From Alphaproteobacteria bacterium (GTDB lineage: Bacteria; Pseudomonadota; Alphaproteobacteria; SP197): DNA of 64,000 bases. The DNA is taken from positions 3,616,001 to 3,680,000 of the forward strand of contig OZ245842.1 of the NCBI GenBank assembly GCA_965228895.1, written 5' to 3'. The notes beneath the pieces are model-generated. The model was not told where the DNA came from and ran no database searches. It saw nothing but the letters and a program-made list of their open reading frames with translations. The translations under genes were made by a program, and so were the position numbers. Each line of letters starts with the position of its first letter. The first letter of the stretch is position 1. Of the stretch, positions 1 through 9,659 are shown in pieces.

Positions 1-490
1 GCGTCGCGGGCGCCGGCGATCCCGTCGGTTGCACTTCGCGCGTGATGTCGCCGGCCTTGATCCGGTCCTCGCCCGGCATCACCGGCTGGGGCAGCCACCA
101 CTGGTCGGTATGCAGGTCCATGACCTGATTGCCGGGATGTACGATGTGCGATGAGAAACCGGAGAGATGAATGCGCGCGCCCAACAGATGGCGCGCCAGA
201 GCGATGGCGGTCGGATGAAGCGCCAGATGATCGAGCCCGTCCTCGCCGGCCATCAGAAGCTGCCACTGATCGCCGCCGCGTTGCGGCCAGGCAAGCGTCT
301 CGTCGTGATCGCCGCCACCGGTTTCGTCGCCTTGCGCGCGGCGTATGACGGTCTCAAGCACCCGCTCTGTTTCCTGCGGTGACATCAACGTTTCCGCCAG
401 GCAATACCCGTGGCGGTCCAGGTCGTCGCACAGGCGGGCGACGTCGCCGGTTAACCGCGGCAAGTCTCGGTAGCTGGTCGGATCCGACAT
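1..490 (-). CDS. Phytanoyl-CoA dioxygenase (PhyH)-family Fe(II)/2OG dioxygenase, runs off the window edge
   Basis: Not in the ORF track. Hand translation from ATG at 490: MSDPTSYRDLPRLTGDVARLCDDLDRHGYCL...HPTAIALARHLLG...VHPGNQVMDLHTDQWWLP, with an HxD iron motif and a GGAG RBS upstream. Confidence 0.75.
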   Translation of the reverse strand, partial: MSDPTSYRDLPRLTGDVARLCDDLDRHGYCLAETLMSPQETERVLETVIRRAQGDETGGGDHDETLAWPQRGGDQWQLLMAGEDGLDHLALHPTAIALARHLLGARIHLSGFSSHIVHPGNQVMDLHTDQWWLPQPVMPGEDRIKAGDITREVQPTGSPAPAT

Positions 491-831
491 ACCCCTACTC
501 CGCTTATGGTTTTGATCGCATGGCGGCCATGCGTCGTGTGCAGACGACACGTTAAATCAAGGCCCACGCTGGCGCGAAACCGAAAGTCAGCGATCACATT
601 TTCCATCTTCTCGCCACAAAGCGGCGCGGGGGTCTTTTCTTTGCCGACTTGCGCATCATGTATGGCACCAGGCCCGTGGGGGGATGGATCGGCGACGCAC
701 ACCCCGTGCGTCAACGTTGCTCATGGACCGCTTGTTGAGAACACAAACTGGCAGCCGCTCTGGCCGCCCGGCGCCTCGGCGTTCGGGTTTCCCGGTCGCT
801 GCACACTTTGATTCAACATGGATGACGTGTC

Positions 832-2013
832 ATGAAAGATGGGCTTCTTACGCGACCTCGTGCAGCAATGGCCCGGCCCGCTCTGGTGGTGACGGCGATG
901 GTTGCCATGTTGCTCCTGGCAGCGTGCGACAACGAGCCAAACGACGCGCGGGCCTCCGCGCCACCACCGCCCGCCGTGACCGTCGCGAACCCGGTGGTTA
1001 AACAGATCGTCGAAGACGACGAGTTCGTCGGGCGCTTCGACGCCGTGAGTGAAGTCGAGGTGCGCGCGCGCATCGGCGGTTACCTGCAGACCATCGAGTT
1101 CGTCGACGGTGATATCGTCGAACAAGGCGACCTGCTGTTCACCATCGACTCTCGACCCGTCGAAGCGGCGCTGGCCGAGGCCCAGGCTGAGCTCGAAAGT
1201 GCGCAGGCGGCGCTCACCAACACCCGCGACGAACTTGACCGGGCCGAACAGTTGCTGGAGAGCGGCAACATCTCTATTCAAACCGTCGACGAACGACGGC
1301 TTAACTTTCTTTCCGCCCAGGCAAGGGTTGCTGCCGCCGCCGCAGCGGTCGAGCGTGGCATGCTGGATCTTGAGTACACGCAGATCAGCGCGCCGCTGAC
1401 CGGGCGCATCGACCGCAACTATCTCTCTGAAGGCAACCTTGTCGAGGCCAACGCGACGGTGCTGACCAGCATCGTCAGCACCGATCCCATCTATTTCTAC
1501 TTCGATATCGACGAGCGCACGTTCCTGGCGTATGCGGAGGATGCGCGCGCCCGCGGCACCAACCTGCAGGAAGGCAGTGGGCTGCCGGTCATGATCACCC
1601 TGGCCGATAACGGCGGGACCGTGTTTCCCGGCGAGCTCGATTTTTCGGAGAACCGCGTCGACCCGGAAAGCGGGACCATGCGCGTACGCGCGGTGGTGCC
1701 CAATTCGGATCTTGTCTTGCTGCCCGGCCTGTTCGGCCAGATCAACGTACCGGGCTCACTGCCCTATGACGGCATCCTGTTGCCCGACGAAGCGATTGCC
1801 AGCGACATGGACCGCCGCATCGTCTTCGTCGTCGATGAGGCCGGTGTCGTTTCGGCCAAGCAGGTCAGGCTCGGGCCCAAGATCGACGGCTACCGCGTGA
1901 TCCGTGACGGCCTGACCGGCGACGAACTGATCGTCGTCGCCGGCCTCATGCGTGTGCGCCCGGGCGTGACGGTCACGCCGGAGCTGACCAAGCTGCCACC
2001 AGTCGCCGAGTGA
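832..2013 (+). CDS. RND efflux periplasmic adaptor (MFP) lipoprotein
   Basis: Lipobox LLLAAC and motifs VEVRARIGGYL, YTQISAPLTGRI and VDPESGT. The start may be 868. Confidence 0.92.
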   Translation: MKDGLLTRPRAAMARPALVVTAMVAMLLLAACDNEPNDARASAPPPPAVTVANPVVKQIVEDDEFVGRFDAVSEVEVRARIGGYLQTIEFVDGDIVEQGDLLFTIDSRPVEAALAEAQAELESAQAALTNTRDELDRAEQLLESGNISIQTVDERRLNFLSAQARVAAAAAAVERGMLDLEYTQISAPLTGRIDRNYLSEGNLVEANATVLTSIVSTDPIYFYFDIDERTFLAYAEDARARGTNLQEGSGLPVMITLADNGGTVFPGELDFSENRVDPESGTMRVRAVVPNSDLVLLPGLFGQINVPGSLPYDGILLPDEAIASDMDRRIVFVVDEAGVVSAKQVRLGPKIDGYRVIRDGLTGDELIVVAGLMRVRPGVTVTPELTKLPPVAE

Positions 2014-2029
2014 GCGCGGACGACAACGC

Positions 2030-5000
2030 ATGAAGTTTGCCCACTTCTTCGTCGATCGGCCGATCTTCGCGACGGTTCTGTCGCTGGTCATGGTGATCAC
2101 CGGTTTGATCGCGTTCCTGCAGCTTCCTGTATCCCAGTATCCGGAAATCGCGCCGCCGACCGTGGTTGTCGAGGCGGTCTTCCCAGGCGCCAACGCCGAA
2201 ACGGTCGCTGCCACCGTCGCGACACCGCTGGAGCAGGAGATCAATGGCGTCGAAGGCATGATCTATATGTCGTCCTATTCGACCAGCGACGGGCGCGCGC
2301 AGATCACCATCACGTTCGGCCTGGGCACCGATATCGATCAGGCGCAGGTGCTGGTTCAGAACCGGGTTGCGGTGGCCGAGCCGCGTCTGCCCGAAGAGGT
2401 GCGGCGTCAGGGCGTGACGACGGCCAAGAGCTCGCCCGACCTGATGATGGTCGTGCATATGCTGTCGCCCGACGACACCTACGACCAACTCTACGTTTCC
2501 AACTATGCTCGTGCGCGCGTGCGCGACGAACTCGTGCGCCTGCAGGGCATCGGCAACCTCCTGCTGTTCGGCGAACGCGAGTACTCGATCCGCGTCTGGC
2601 TCGACCCCGACAAGCTGGCATCCTATGGCCTGACCGCCGCCGATGCGATCGACGCGCTGCGCGAACAAAACGTCCAGGTTTCCAGCGGCGCCATCGGCGC
2701 GCCGCCATCGCCCGATGACACGGCGTTCCAGGTAACGATCTCGACCCAGGGCCGGTTCTCAGACCCCCGCGACTTCCGCAACATCATCGTAAAATCGACC
2801 GACGACGGCCGCACTGTCCGCATTTGGGATATCGCCAGGGTCGAACTGGGGGCGCGCGACTACATCACCAACAGCTACCTGAACGGCAAGCCGGCCGTCG
2901 CGCTGGGCATTTTCCAGCGTCCGGGCACCAACGCGCTGGAAACCGCCGATCAGATCAAGGCGACCATGGCGCGCCTGGCCGAGGACTTCCCGCCGGGTCT
3001 TTCCTACGAGATCGTTTACAACCCCACCGAGTTTATCGACCAGTCAATCGACGCGGTCTACCTCACCCTGTTCGAAGCGGTGATCCTGGTCGTCCTGGTG
3101 GTGCTGATCTTCCTGCAGTCGTGGCGTACCGCCCTGATCCCGATCGCTGCGATCCCGGTCTCCTTGATCGGCACCTTCGTGATCATGGCCGCGATGGGTT
3201 TCTCGATAAATCTGCTGACGCTGTTCGGCTTGGTGCTCGCCATCGGCATCGTGGTCGACGACGCCATCCTGGTGGTCGAGAACGTCGAACGAAATGTGCG
3301 CGAAGGGCTCAGTCCACGCGACGCCGCGCACAAGACGATGGACGAGGTCGGCTCGGCCATTGTCGCGACCTCCGTCGTGCTGGCCGCTGTCTTTGTACCG
3401 ACCGCCTTCATCCCCGGCATCACTGGCCAGTTCTATCAGCAGTTCGCCGTCACCATCATCGTGTCGACGGCGATTTCGACCTTCAACTCGCTGACCCTGT
3501 CGCCGGCGCTCGCCGCGCTGCTCCTGAAACCCCACGACGCGCCGAAGCCGACGTTCTTCCTGGCGCGCGCGGCGGCCTGGTTCGCCGACCGCTTCAATGC
3601 CGGCTTCGACCGGTTCAGCGGTGGTTATGCCGGCACCGTCAAACTACTGGTCGGCGGTAAGGTCATGCGGCTCGGCATGATGCTGGTCTTCGCCGGCCTG
3701 CTCTATGGCACCTATCAGGCGTTCCAGTCGGTACCCCGCGGCTTCATTCCCCAGCTCGATCAGGGTTATGCCATCGTCGTTGTGCAGTTGCCGGACGGCG
3801 CGTCGCTCAACCGGACCGACGAGGTTGTCCTGCGCGCGACGGAGATCGTGAAAAACACGCCGGGCGTTAAGAACGCCGTCGGGTTTGCCGGTTTCTCCGG
3901 GGCGACTTTCACCAACGCGACCAATTCCGGCGTCATCTTTGCCGCCTTCGAGCCGTTCGAGACGCGCCTGGCCGCCGACCAGCCTGCCGGATCCATCATC
4001 GGTCAGCTCTATGGCGGCCTGCAGCAGATCCAGGAGGCCTTTATCATCGCCATACCGCCGCCGCCGGTGCGCGGCGTCGGCAATGCCGGCGGCTTCAAGC
4101 TAATGCTGCAGGAACGCGAAAGCGCGGACATGAGGCGCGTGCTGGGGCTTGCCTATCAGCTCATGGGCCAGGCCAATCAGGACCCCGACCTCACCTCCGT
4201 CTTCACCACGTTCAGCGCGTCGAGCCCGCAGATCTTCCTGGAAATCGACCGCACCCGCGCGCAGATTCTGAACGTGCCGATCGAGCGCATCTTCGAGACG
4301 CTCTCGATCAATCTGGGCACGACCTATGTGAACGACTTCAACGCCTTCGGCCGCGTCTATCAGGTGCGGGCCCAGGCCGACACGCCCTACCGCCTGGAGA
4401 TCGAGGATATCGAGCAGCTCAAGGTGCGCGCCGACAACGGCGCCATGGTGCCGCTTGGCACCCTGGCCGATGTCCAGCTCGTCTCCGGCCCTGACCTGGT
4501 GCAGCGCTATAACCTCTATACCGCCGTACCGCTGCAGGGCGAGGCCGCGCCTGGCATCTCGTCCGGTGACGCGCTCGACGCCATGGAGCAGTTGACCGAT
4601 GCCTCGCTGCCGCCGGGCATGAGTTTCGAGTGGACCGAACTGGCATTTCAGGAACGCCAGACCGGCGATACCGCCGTCTATATCTTCATGCTCTCGGTGC
4701 TCTTCGTCTTTCTGGCGCTGGCCGCGCAATACGAAAGCTGGGTGCTGCCGCTTGCCATCATCCTGATCGTGCCGATGGCCGTGCTGTCGGCCATGCTGGG
4801 CACCATGGTGCGCGGTATGGACAACAACATCCTGACCCAGATCGGTCTGGTCGTTCTGATCGCGCTGGCCGCCAAGAACGCCATCCTGATCGTCGAGTTC
4901 GCCAAACAGGCCGAGGAACGCGGACTGGATGTGGTCGCGGCCGCCGTCGAGGCCTGCCGCCTGCGCCTGCGCCCGATCCTGATGACGGCGTTCGCGTTCA

Positions 5001-5218
5001 TCCTGGGTGTCGTGCCGCTGATGATCGCGACCGGCGCCGCGGCCGAGATGCGCCAGGCGCTCGGCACCACCGTTTTTTCCGGCATGCTGGGCGTCACCTT
5101 CTTCGGCCTGATCCTGACGCCGGTCTTCTATGTCGTGCTGCGTTTGCTGGTACGCCGGCGCAAACCGGCGTCGAAGGTGGAACCGCCCGCTGAGTCGCCG
5201 GCAGGCGCGACGGAGTAG
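2030..5218 (+). CDS. RND multidrug efflux permease (AcrB/HAE1 family)
   Basis: 1062 aa. Motifs FFVDRPIFA, LPVSQYPEIAPP, GIVVDDAI, AKNAILIVEFA and RLRPILMT. Confidence 0.96.
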   Translation: MKFAHFFVDRPIFATVLSLVMVITGLIAFLQLPVSQYPEIAPPTVVVEAVFPGANAETVAATVATPLEQEINGVEGMIYMSSYSTSDGRAQITITFGLGTDIDQAQVLVQNRVAVAEPRLPEEVRRQGVTTAKSSPDLMMVVHMLSPDDTYDQLYVSNYARARVRDELVRLQGIGNLLLFGEREYSIRVWLDPDKLASYGLTAADAIDALREQNVQVSSGAIGAPPSPDDTAFQVTISTQGRFSDPRDFRNIIVKSTDDGRTVRIWDIARVELGARDYITNSYLNGKPAVALGIFQRPGTNALETADQIKATMARLAEDFPPGLSYEIVYNPTEFIDQSIDAVYLTLFEAVILVVLVVLIFLQSWRTALIPIAAIPVSLIGTFVIMAAMGFSINLLTLFGLVLAIGIVVDDAILVVENVERNVREGLSPRDAAHKTMDEVGSAIVATSVVLAAVFVPTAFIPGITGQFYQQFAVTIIVSTAISTFNSLTLSPALAALLLKPHDAPKPTFFLARAAAWFADRFNAGFDRFSGGYAGTVKLLVGGKVMRLGMMLVFAGLLYGTYQAFQSVPRGFIPQLDQGYAIVVVQLPDGASLNRTDEVVLRATEIVKNTPGVKNAVGFAGFSGATFTNATNSGVIFAAFEPFETRLAADQPAGSIIGQLYGGLQQIQEAFIIAIPPPPVRGVGNAGGFKLMLQERESADMRRVLGLAYQLMGQANQDPDLTSVFTTFSASSPQIFLEIDRTRAQILNVPIERIFETLSINLGTTYVNDFNAFGRVYQVRAQADTPYRLEIEDIEQLKVRADNGAMVPLGTLADVQLVSGPDLVQRYNLYTAVPLQGEAAPGISSGDALDAMEQLTDASLPPGMSFEWTELAFQERQTGDTAVYIFMLSVLFVFLALAAQYESWVLPLAIILIVPMAVLSAMLGTMVRGMDNNILTQIGLVVLIALAAKNAILIVEFAKQAEERGLDVVAAAVEACRLRLRPILMTAFAFILGVVPLMIATGAAAEMRQALGTTVFSGMLGVTFFGLILTPVFYVVLRLLVRRRKPASKVEPPAESPAGATE

Positions 5219-5292
5219 ACCCCGCATCGGAAGTTGCCTGCGGCGCGGCGGGCGTCTATACGCGAAACCATCAAATGGGGACCGCCGCTGTC

Positions 5293-6402
5293 ATGACATC
5301 ACCAATCATCGCGCCATCGCGCCGCTTGCGCCGCACGCCCTTTTCGCCACGCGTCGAAGCCGCCGGTGTCAAAGGGTTTACCGTCTATAACCACATGCTT
5401 CTGCCGACCGCGTTCGCCTCGGTCGAAGAAGACTACCGGCACCTCAAGCAGAACGTGCAGGTTTGGGACGTCAGCTGCGAACGCCAGGTCGAGATCAAGG
5501 GTCCCGATGCCGCGCGTTTGGTGCAGTTGATGACGCCGCGCGACCTCGCAAAGGCGCGGGTCGGGCGCTGCTTCTACGTGCCGCTTGTCGACGAGACCGG
5601 CGGCATGATCAACGACCCCGTTGCCTTGAAACTGGCCGAAGACCGGTATTGGCTGTCGATCGCCGATTCCGACGTCGTCCTATGGGGTAAGGGACTGGCG
5701 TCCGGCATGGGCCTTGATGTCAGTGTCGAGGAACCGGACGTCTCGCCGCTCGGCGTGCAGGGTCCCAAGGCCGATGATCTGATGGCCCGCGTGTTCGGCG
5801 AGGCTGTGCGCGACATCCGCTTCTTCGGCTTTGCCACGCTCAACTTCCGCGACCATCCCCTGATCGTCGCGCGCTCGGGCTGGAGCAAACAGGGCGGCTT
5901 CGAGATCTATCTCGACGACTTCTCGCTCGGGCTCGACCTGTGGGACGCCTTGTTCGAAGCGGGCCAAACCCTCGACGTGCGCGCCGGCTGCCCCAATCTG
6001 ATCGAACGCATCGAAGGTGGCCTGCTCTCCTACGGCAACGATATGACCTATCAGAACAACCCGTTCGAATGCGGCCTCGACAGGTTCTGCAATCTCGACG
6101 CGCCCATCGAATTCTTCGGTCGTGACGCGCTCCAGGCGATCCACGACAAGGGCCCGGACCGCCTGATCAAGGGCATCCGGATGGACGGCGACCCGGTGCC
6201 GGCATGTGTCGAGACGTGGCCGGTCAGCGTCGCCGGCGCGCCTGCCGGCATGCTGACATCCGCCGCCTGGTCGCCCGACCTCGGCACCAATGTCGCGTTC
6301 GCCGTGCTGGAACGCGGCCACTGGGATGTCGGACACCAGGTCGAGGTCGAGACCCCGGCTGGCACCCGGTCCGGCACGGTCGCCGAGATACCGTTCATTT
6401 AG
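5293..6402 (+). CDS. dmdA: Dimethylsulfoniopropionate demethylase (GcvT family)
   Basis: PSRRLRRTPFS..VEAAGVKG.TVYNHMLLPT, VQVWDV.CERQV, ARSGWSKQGGFEIY, VRAGCPN.IER and GLLSYGNDMT match roseobacter DmdA as I recall it. An alternative start is 5275. Confidence 0.9.
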   Translation: MTSPIIAPSRRLRRTPFSPRVEAAGVKGFTVYNHMLLPTAFASVEEDYRHLKQNVQVWDVSCERQVEIKGPDAARLVQLMTPRDLAKARVGRCFYVPLVDETGGMINDPVALKLAEDRYWLSIADSDVVLWGKGLASGMGLDVSVEEPDVSPLGVQGPKADDLMARVFGEAVRDIRFFGFATLNFRDHPLIVARSGWSKQGGFEIYLDDFSLGLDLWDALFEAGQTLDVRAGCPNLIERIEGGLLSYGNDMTYQNNPFECGLDRFCNLDAPIEFFGRDALQAIHDKGPDRLIKGIRMDGDPVPACVETWPVSVAGAPAGMLTSAAWSPDLGTNVAFAVLERGHWDVGHQVEVETPAGTRSGTVAEIPFI

Positions 6403-6458
6403 GACCGTTTCCGAGCTTTTTTCGCCTTCGGCCTTGACGCTGGCCCCAGGCCAACCCA

Positions 6459-6482
6459 ATTCCATAGCGAACGATATGGAAT
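6459..6482. promoter_or_regulatory. TetR operator (palindrome ATTCCATA-N8-TATGGAAT)
   Basis: Perfect 8-bp arms just upstream of the tetR ATG, with a TTGACG -35-like hexamer at 6434. A related copy lies at 7068-7089. Confidence 0.75.
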
Positions 6483-6487
6483 AAACG

Positions 6488-7054
6488 ATGGCACGACCCC
6501 GCGAGTTCGACCCCGATGTCGCCCTGGACAAGGCGATGCGCCAGTTTTGGGCCAAGGGTTATCACGACACCTCGATCCGTGATCTCGTCGACAAGACCGG
6601 CGTCAACTACTATGGCCTCTACGAGGTTTTCGACAACAAGCACGGCCTGCTGCTCGCCGCCCTCGACCGTTACCGGCAGACGATCACCGCCGAGTTCGCC
6701 ACGATCGTCGCCCAGGCCGCGCCGACGCGGGCCGGGCTGCTGCGCGCCTTTGACCAGGTCTTTGACCTGCTTAAGACAGAGGACGGACAGGTCGGTTGCA
6801 TGATGTGCAACGCCGCCATCGAGTTGGCACCCCACGATGAGGACGTCGCCACGAAAGTGCGCGACCACCTGAAGCTCCTGGCGGCTATCTTCGAGGGCTG
6901 GCTGACGCGTTACGGCAAGTCGGGCGCGGATGCGCGAAACGGCGCGGAGTTCCTGGCCTCGACGGCTTATTCGCTCGCCCTTCTCATGCGCGCCGGATTT
7001 GACCGTCGCCACGTTAAACGCCAGGCGGCGACCGCGTTGAACGCCGTGCTCTGA
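6488..7054 (+). CDS. TetR/AcrR family transcriptional regulator
   Basis: MARPREFD..ALDKAM..FW.KGYHDTS HTH and a C-terminal GCMMCNAAIE (NemR/ComR-like). Confidence 0.93.
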   Translation: MARPREFDPDVALDKAMRQFWAKGYHDTSIRDLVDKTGVNYYGLYEVFDNKHGLLLAALDRYRQTITAEFATIVAQAAPTRAGLLRAFDQVFDLLKTEDGQVGCMMCNAAIELAPHDEDVATKVRDHLKLLAAIFEGWLTRYGKSGADARNGAEFLASTAYSLALLMRAGFDRRHVKRQAATALNAVL

Positions 7055-7067
7055 TTTTTTTGGCCAT

Positions 7068-7089
7068 TTTCATAGCACTTGCTATGGAA
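7068..7089. promoter_or_regulatory. Second TetR operator (TTTCATAGCA-CT-TGCTATGGAA)
   Basis: Near-palindrome homologous to 6459-6482, upstream of the CAGGAG RBS of the next gene. Confidence 0.72.
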
Positions 7090-7106
7090 TTTCAGGAGAC
7101 AGAACT

Positions 7107-7685
7107 ATGAGCCACTTGAGCTACACGAAAACCTACCGCGGCGTTGCCGACGTTTTCTTGCGTGACGCCGATTTCTACGGGCCGCTGCTGCAGTTCATCG
7201 AGAACGTGATGACCCGCGACTCCGAGCTGACCAAGGCGGAGCGCGAGATGATCGCGGCCCACGTTTCGAAGCGTAACGGCTGCGGTTTCTGCCTGGGCGC
7301 GCATCGTTGGACCTTGGCTGCCATGGAAGTCGGTTGGTCGACCATCGAGGCGCTGGAGGACGACGCCGATACCGACGCCATCGACGATCGGCTGCGCGCG
7401 GTACTGCGCTTCGCCGAAAAACTCACCGATACGCCAGAGCGCATCGACCAGGGCGATATCGACGTCCTGATCGTAGCCGGCTGGTCGGAGCAGGCGGTCG
7501 AAGACGCCATCAACGTCGTCGCGCTCTTCAACTACGTCAACCGCCTGGTCGACGCCATCGGTATCGACGGCGACGAAGACTACTTCCGCCAGATCGGCAG
7601 CGCGTTGGCGTCGCGTGGCTATGCGCCACTGATCGACGCAGCGACCAAACGCGCACACCAAACGCAAGGAGGGCAAGCGGCATGA
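7107..7685 (+). CDS. Carboxymuconolactone decarboxylase/AhpD-like peroxidase-related enzyme
   Basis: LT.AEREMIA..VS..NGCGFC...H CxxC motif and ALFNYVNRLVDA. Confidence 0.88.
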   Translation: MSHLSYTKTYRGVADVFLRDADFYGPLLQFIENVMTRDSELTKAEREMIAAHVSKRNGCGFCLGAHRWTLAAMEVGWSTIEALEDDADTDAIDDRLRAVLRFAEKLTDTPERIDQGDIDVLIVAGWSEQAVEDAINVVALFNYVNRLVDAIGIDGDEDYFRQIGSALASRGYAPLIDAATKRAHQTQGGQAA

Positions 7686-8098
7686 CCGACACCCTGCAAT
7701 GGCGCATTCGCGGCGACAGCTTCGAGGATGGCAGCCTGCTGGCCGCCGACTGGAACGTCGTCGAGGAAAGCGATGCCTGGCACTGGCAGTACGACACCCA
7801 CGAGCTGAGCTTCACCATCTATGAGCACGACGGCCAGTACTGGAAGCTCTACCGCGCCCGTTTCGTGCCCGATGGCGCGGACGACTACGCTTACGGTTTC
7901 GGCGGCCAAGCCTGCCGCATGGCCAAGGTGCGCTATCGGGTCCGCGCCCGTTCACCCCACTCTAGCCGACTGATGCAACGGGGCGACGAGGAATGGGTCC
8001 GGACCTACGAGGTCGACGAGTCCATTCACGACGTGATCCTCACCGGACGCGACGACCCCCGATACGGCGCGCCCTATGGCCCGAAGGAGGCGGCATGA
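7682..8098 (+). CDS. Hypothetical aromatic-rich protein (138 aa)
   Basis: C-terminal part of ORF 7307-8098. AGGAGG RBS, ATGA overlaps at both ends, and host-like codon usage. Confidence 0.8.
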   Translation: MTDTLQWRIRGDSFEDGSLLAADWNVVEESDAWHWQYDTHELSFTIYEHDGQYWKLYRARFVPDGADDYAYGFGGQACRMAKVRYRVRARSPHSSRLMQRGDEEWVRTYEVDESIHDVILTGRDDPRYGAPYGPKEAA

Positions 8099-8838
8099 AC
8101 ACGAACCTGCCGGTCGCGGTGATCACCGGCGTCGGCGACGCAACCGGTTCAGCGCTCGCCCGCCGTTTCGCCGCCGGCGGCTACCGGGTCGCGATGATCG
8201 CCCGCAACGCCGAACGGTTGGAAAAGCTGGAGGACGAGATCGAGGGCGCCGTCGCGTTCCCTTGCGACATCGGCGATCTCGACGGACTTGCCGAGACGCT
8301 CGCGGAGATCCGCGACACCATGGGCAAACCGGTGGCGCTGGTCCACAACGCCGTCTCCCACACCTTTGCCACCTTCCTGGATGCCGATCCCGCCGAGCTG
8401 GAACAGAACTTCCGCGTCAACACGACCGCCCTGCTCCATCTGGCGCGCGACTTCGCGCCGGACATGATCGAAGCCGGGCGCGGCGCGATCATGGTCACCG
8501 GCAACACCGCGTCGCATCGCGGCGTGCCGAACTACGCGCTCTTCGCGCCGACCAAGGCGGCCCAGCGCATCCTGGCGGAGTCGCTCGCCCGTGACCTCGG
8601 GCCCAAGGGCATCCACGTCGGCTACATCACGATCGACGCGGCGATCGATGTCACCTGGCTCGATCCCGAAAAAGACAACGCCACCTGGCTCGCACCGCCG
8701 GACGATTGGCCGTGGCCGCGCGAGGACTACTTCGCCAAGCCCGACGCGATCGCCGAGGAGGTCTTCCACATGGCGCATCAGGACCCGTCGACCTGGGCGT
8801 TCGATCTCGTCATCCGGCCGTTCGCCGAGAAATGGTGA
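8095..8838 (+). CDS. Short-chain dehydrogenase/reductase
   Basis: TGVGDATG Rossmann motif, TGNTAS, FAPTKAAQRILAES and LGPKGIHV. AGGAGG RBS. Confidence 0.9.
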   Translation: MNTNLPVAVITGVGDATGSALARRFAAGGYRVAMIARNAERLEKLEDEIEGAVAFPCDIGDLDGLAETLAEIRDTMGKPVALVHNAVSHTFATFLDADPAELEQNFRVNTTALLHLARDFAPDMIEAGRGAIMVTGNTASHRGVPNYALFAPTKAAQRILAESLARDLGPKGIHVGYITIDAAIDVTWLDPEKDNATWLAPPDDWPWPREDYFAKPDAIAEEVFHMAHQDPSTWAFDLVIRPFAEKW

Positions 8839-8860
8839 CGGCCCGGCCAAGGAGAGACCC

Positions 8861-9607
8861 ATGCTGCAACCGTCACTCACCCCCCTGCTGGTCGCGATCC
8901 AGCTCGGTTTCCTGTTTGTCCTGGCGCGGCGCTCCGGCGGCACGGACGGCGACAAAGGCGCGACGCCCGCGATCTATGTCTACCTCGTGTGGCTTTTCGC
9001 CTACGCGGTCGCGACAAGCTATATGGGCGCGCGCGGTCTCTACATCGACCCCGATGTGCTCGCCTCAATGGCGGGCCTGTGGCTGCAGCTCATCACCGTC
9101 GCCGTGGCGGTCGTTCCGGTGGTCATCTTCGCAGGCGTGCGCGACCGACTTCGGCGCATGGTTGATATGACGCCGCTGCATTGGTTCGCCTGGTTCAACG
9201 CGCTGCGGATCAGCGCGCTGGGCACCGCCTACAAAACCTCAATCGGCGAATTTCCGTTGTATTTCGAGGTGTTGGTCGGCATACCCGATCTCCTGTTCGG
9301 GCTCTCGGCGCTGTGGATTGCCTGGCGCGCCAAACGCGGCCTGATCAGCCTACGCGGCTTCATGATCTGGAACCTGATCGGCGCCCTTGTCATCGTGCCT
9401 TCGGCACCCATCTTAATCCAGCTTGGCCTGCCCGGACCGCTTCAGGTGTTCAGCGGTCTGCCCGATGCGCGCGCCATCATGACCTATCCGATGTCGATCG
9501 CGCCAATGTTCGGCGTGCCGCTGTTCGTCCTGATCAACCTCCTGGTCGCCTGGCGTTTATGGGAACGCCTGCGCGCCACAACCGCCGAATCAAACGCACT
9601 GTCTTGA
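8861..9607 (+). CDS. Uncharacterised multi-pass membrane protein
   Basis: AAGGAG RBS and about 7 hydrophobic segments. Contains R..G...F....G.PD and YP....P.F.VP motifs. Confidence 0.75.
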   Translation: MLQPSLTPLLVAIQLGFLFVLARRSGGTDGDKGATPAIYVYLVWLFAYAVATSYMGARGLYIDPDVLASMAGLWLQLITVAVAVVPVVIFAGVRDRLRRMVDMTPLHWFAWFNALRISALGTAYKTSIGEFPLYFEVLVGIPDLLFGLSALWIAWRAKRGLISLRGFMIWNLIGALVIVPSAPILIQLGLPGPLQVFSGLPDARAIMTYPMSIAPMFGVPLFVLINLLVAWRLWERLRATTAESNALS

Positions 9608-9659
9608 CCATCCGCAGCCGCCGCCTGACACGCGGTCAACAGCAAGAAAGGAACCCGTC

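Noticed and set aside
151-1001. Plus- and minus-strand short ORFs at the window start
   Set aside because: They overlap the PhyH-family gene, the RND adaptor start or intergenic DNA and show no coding signature.
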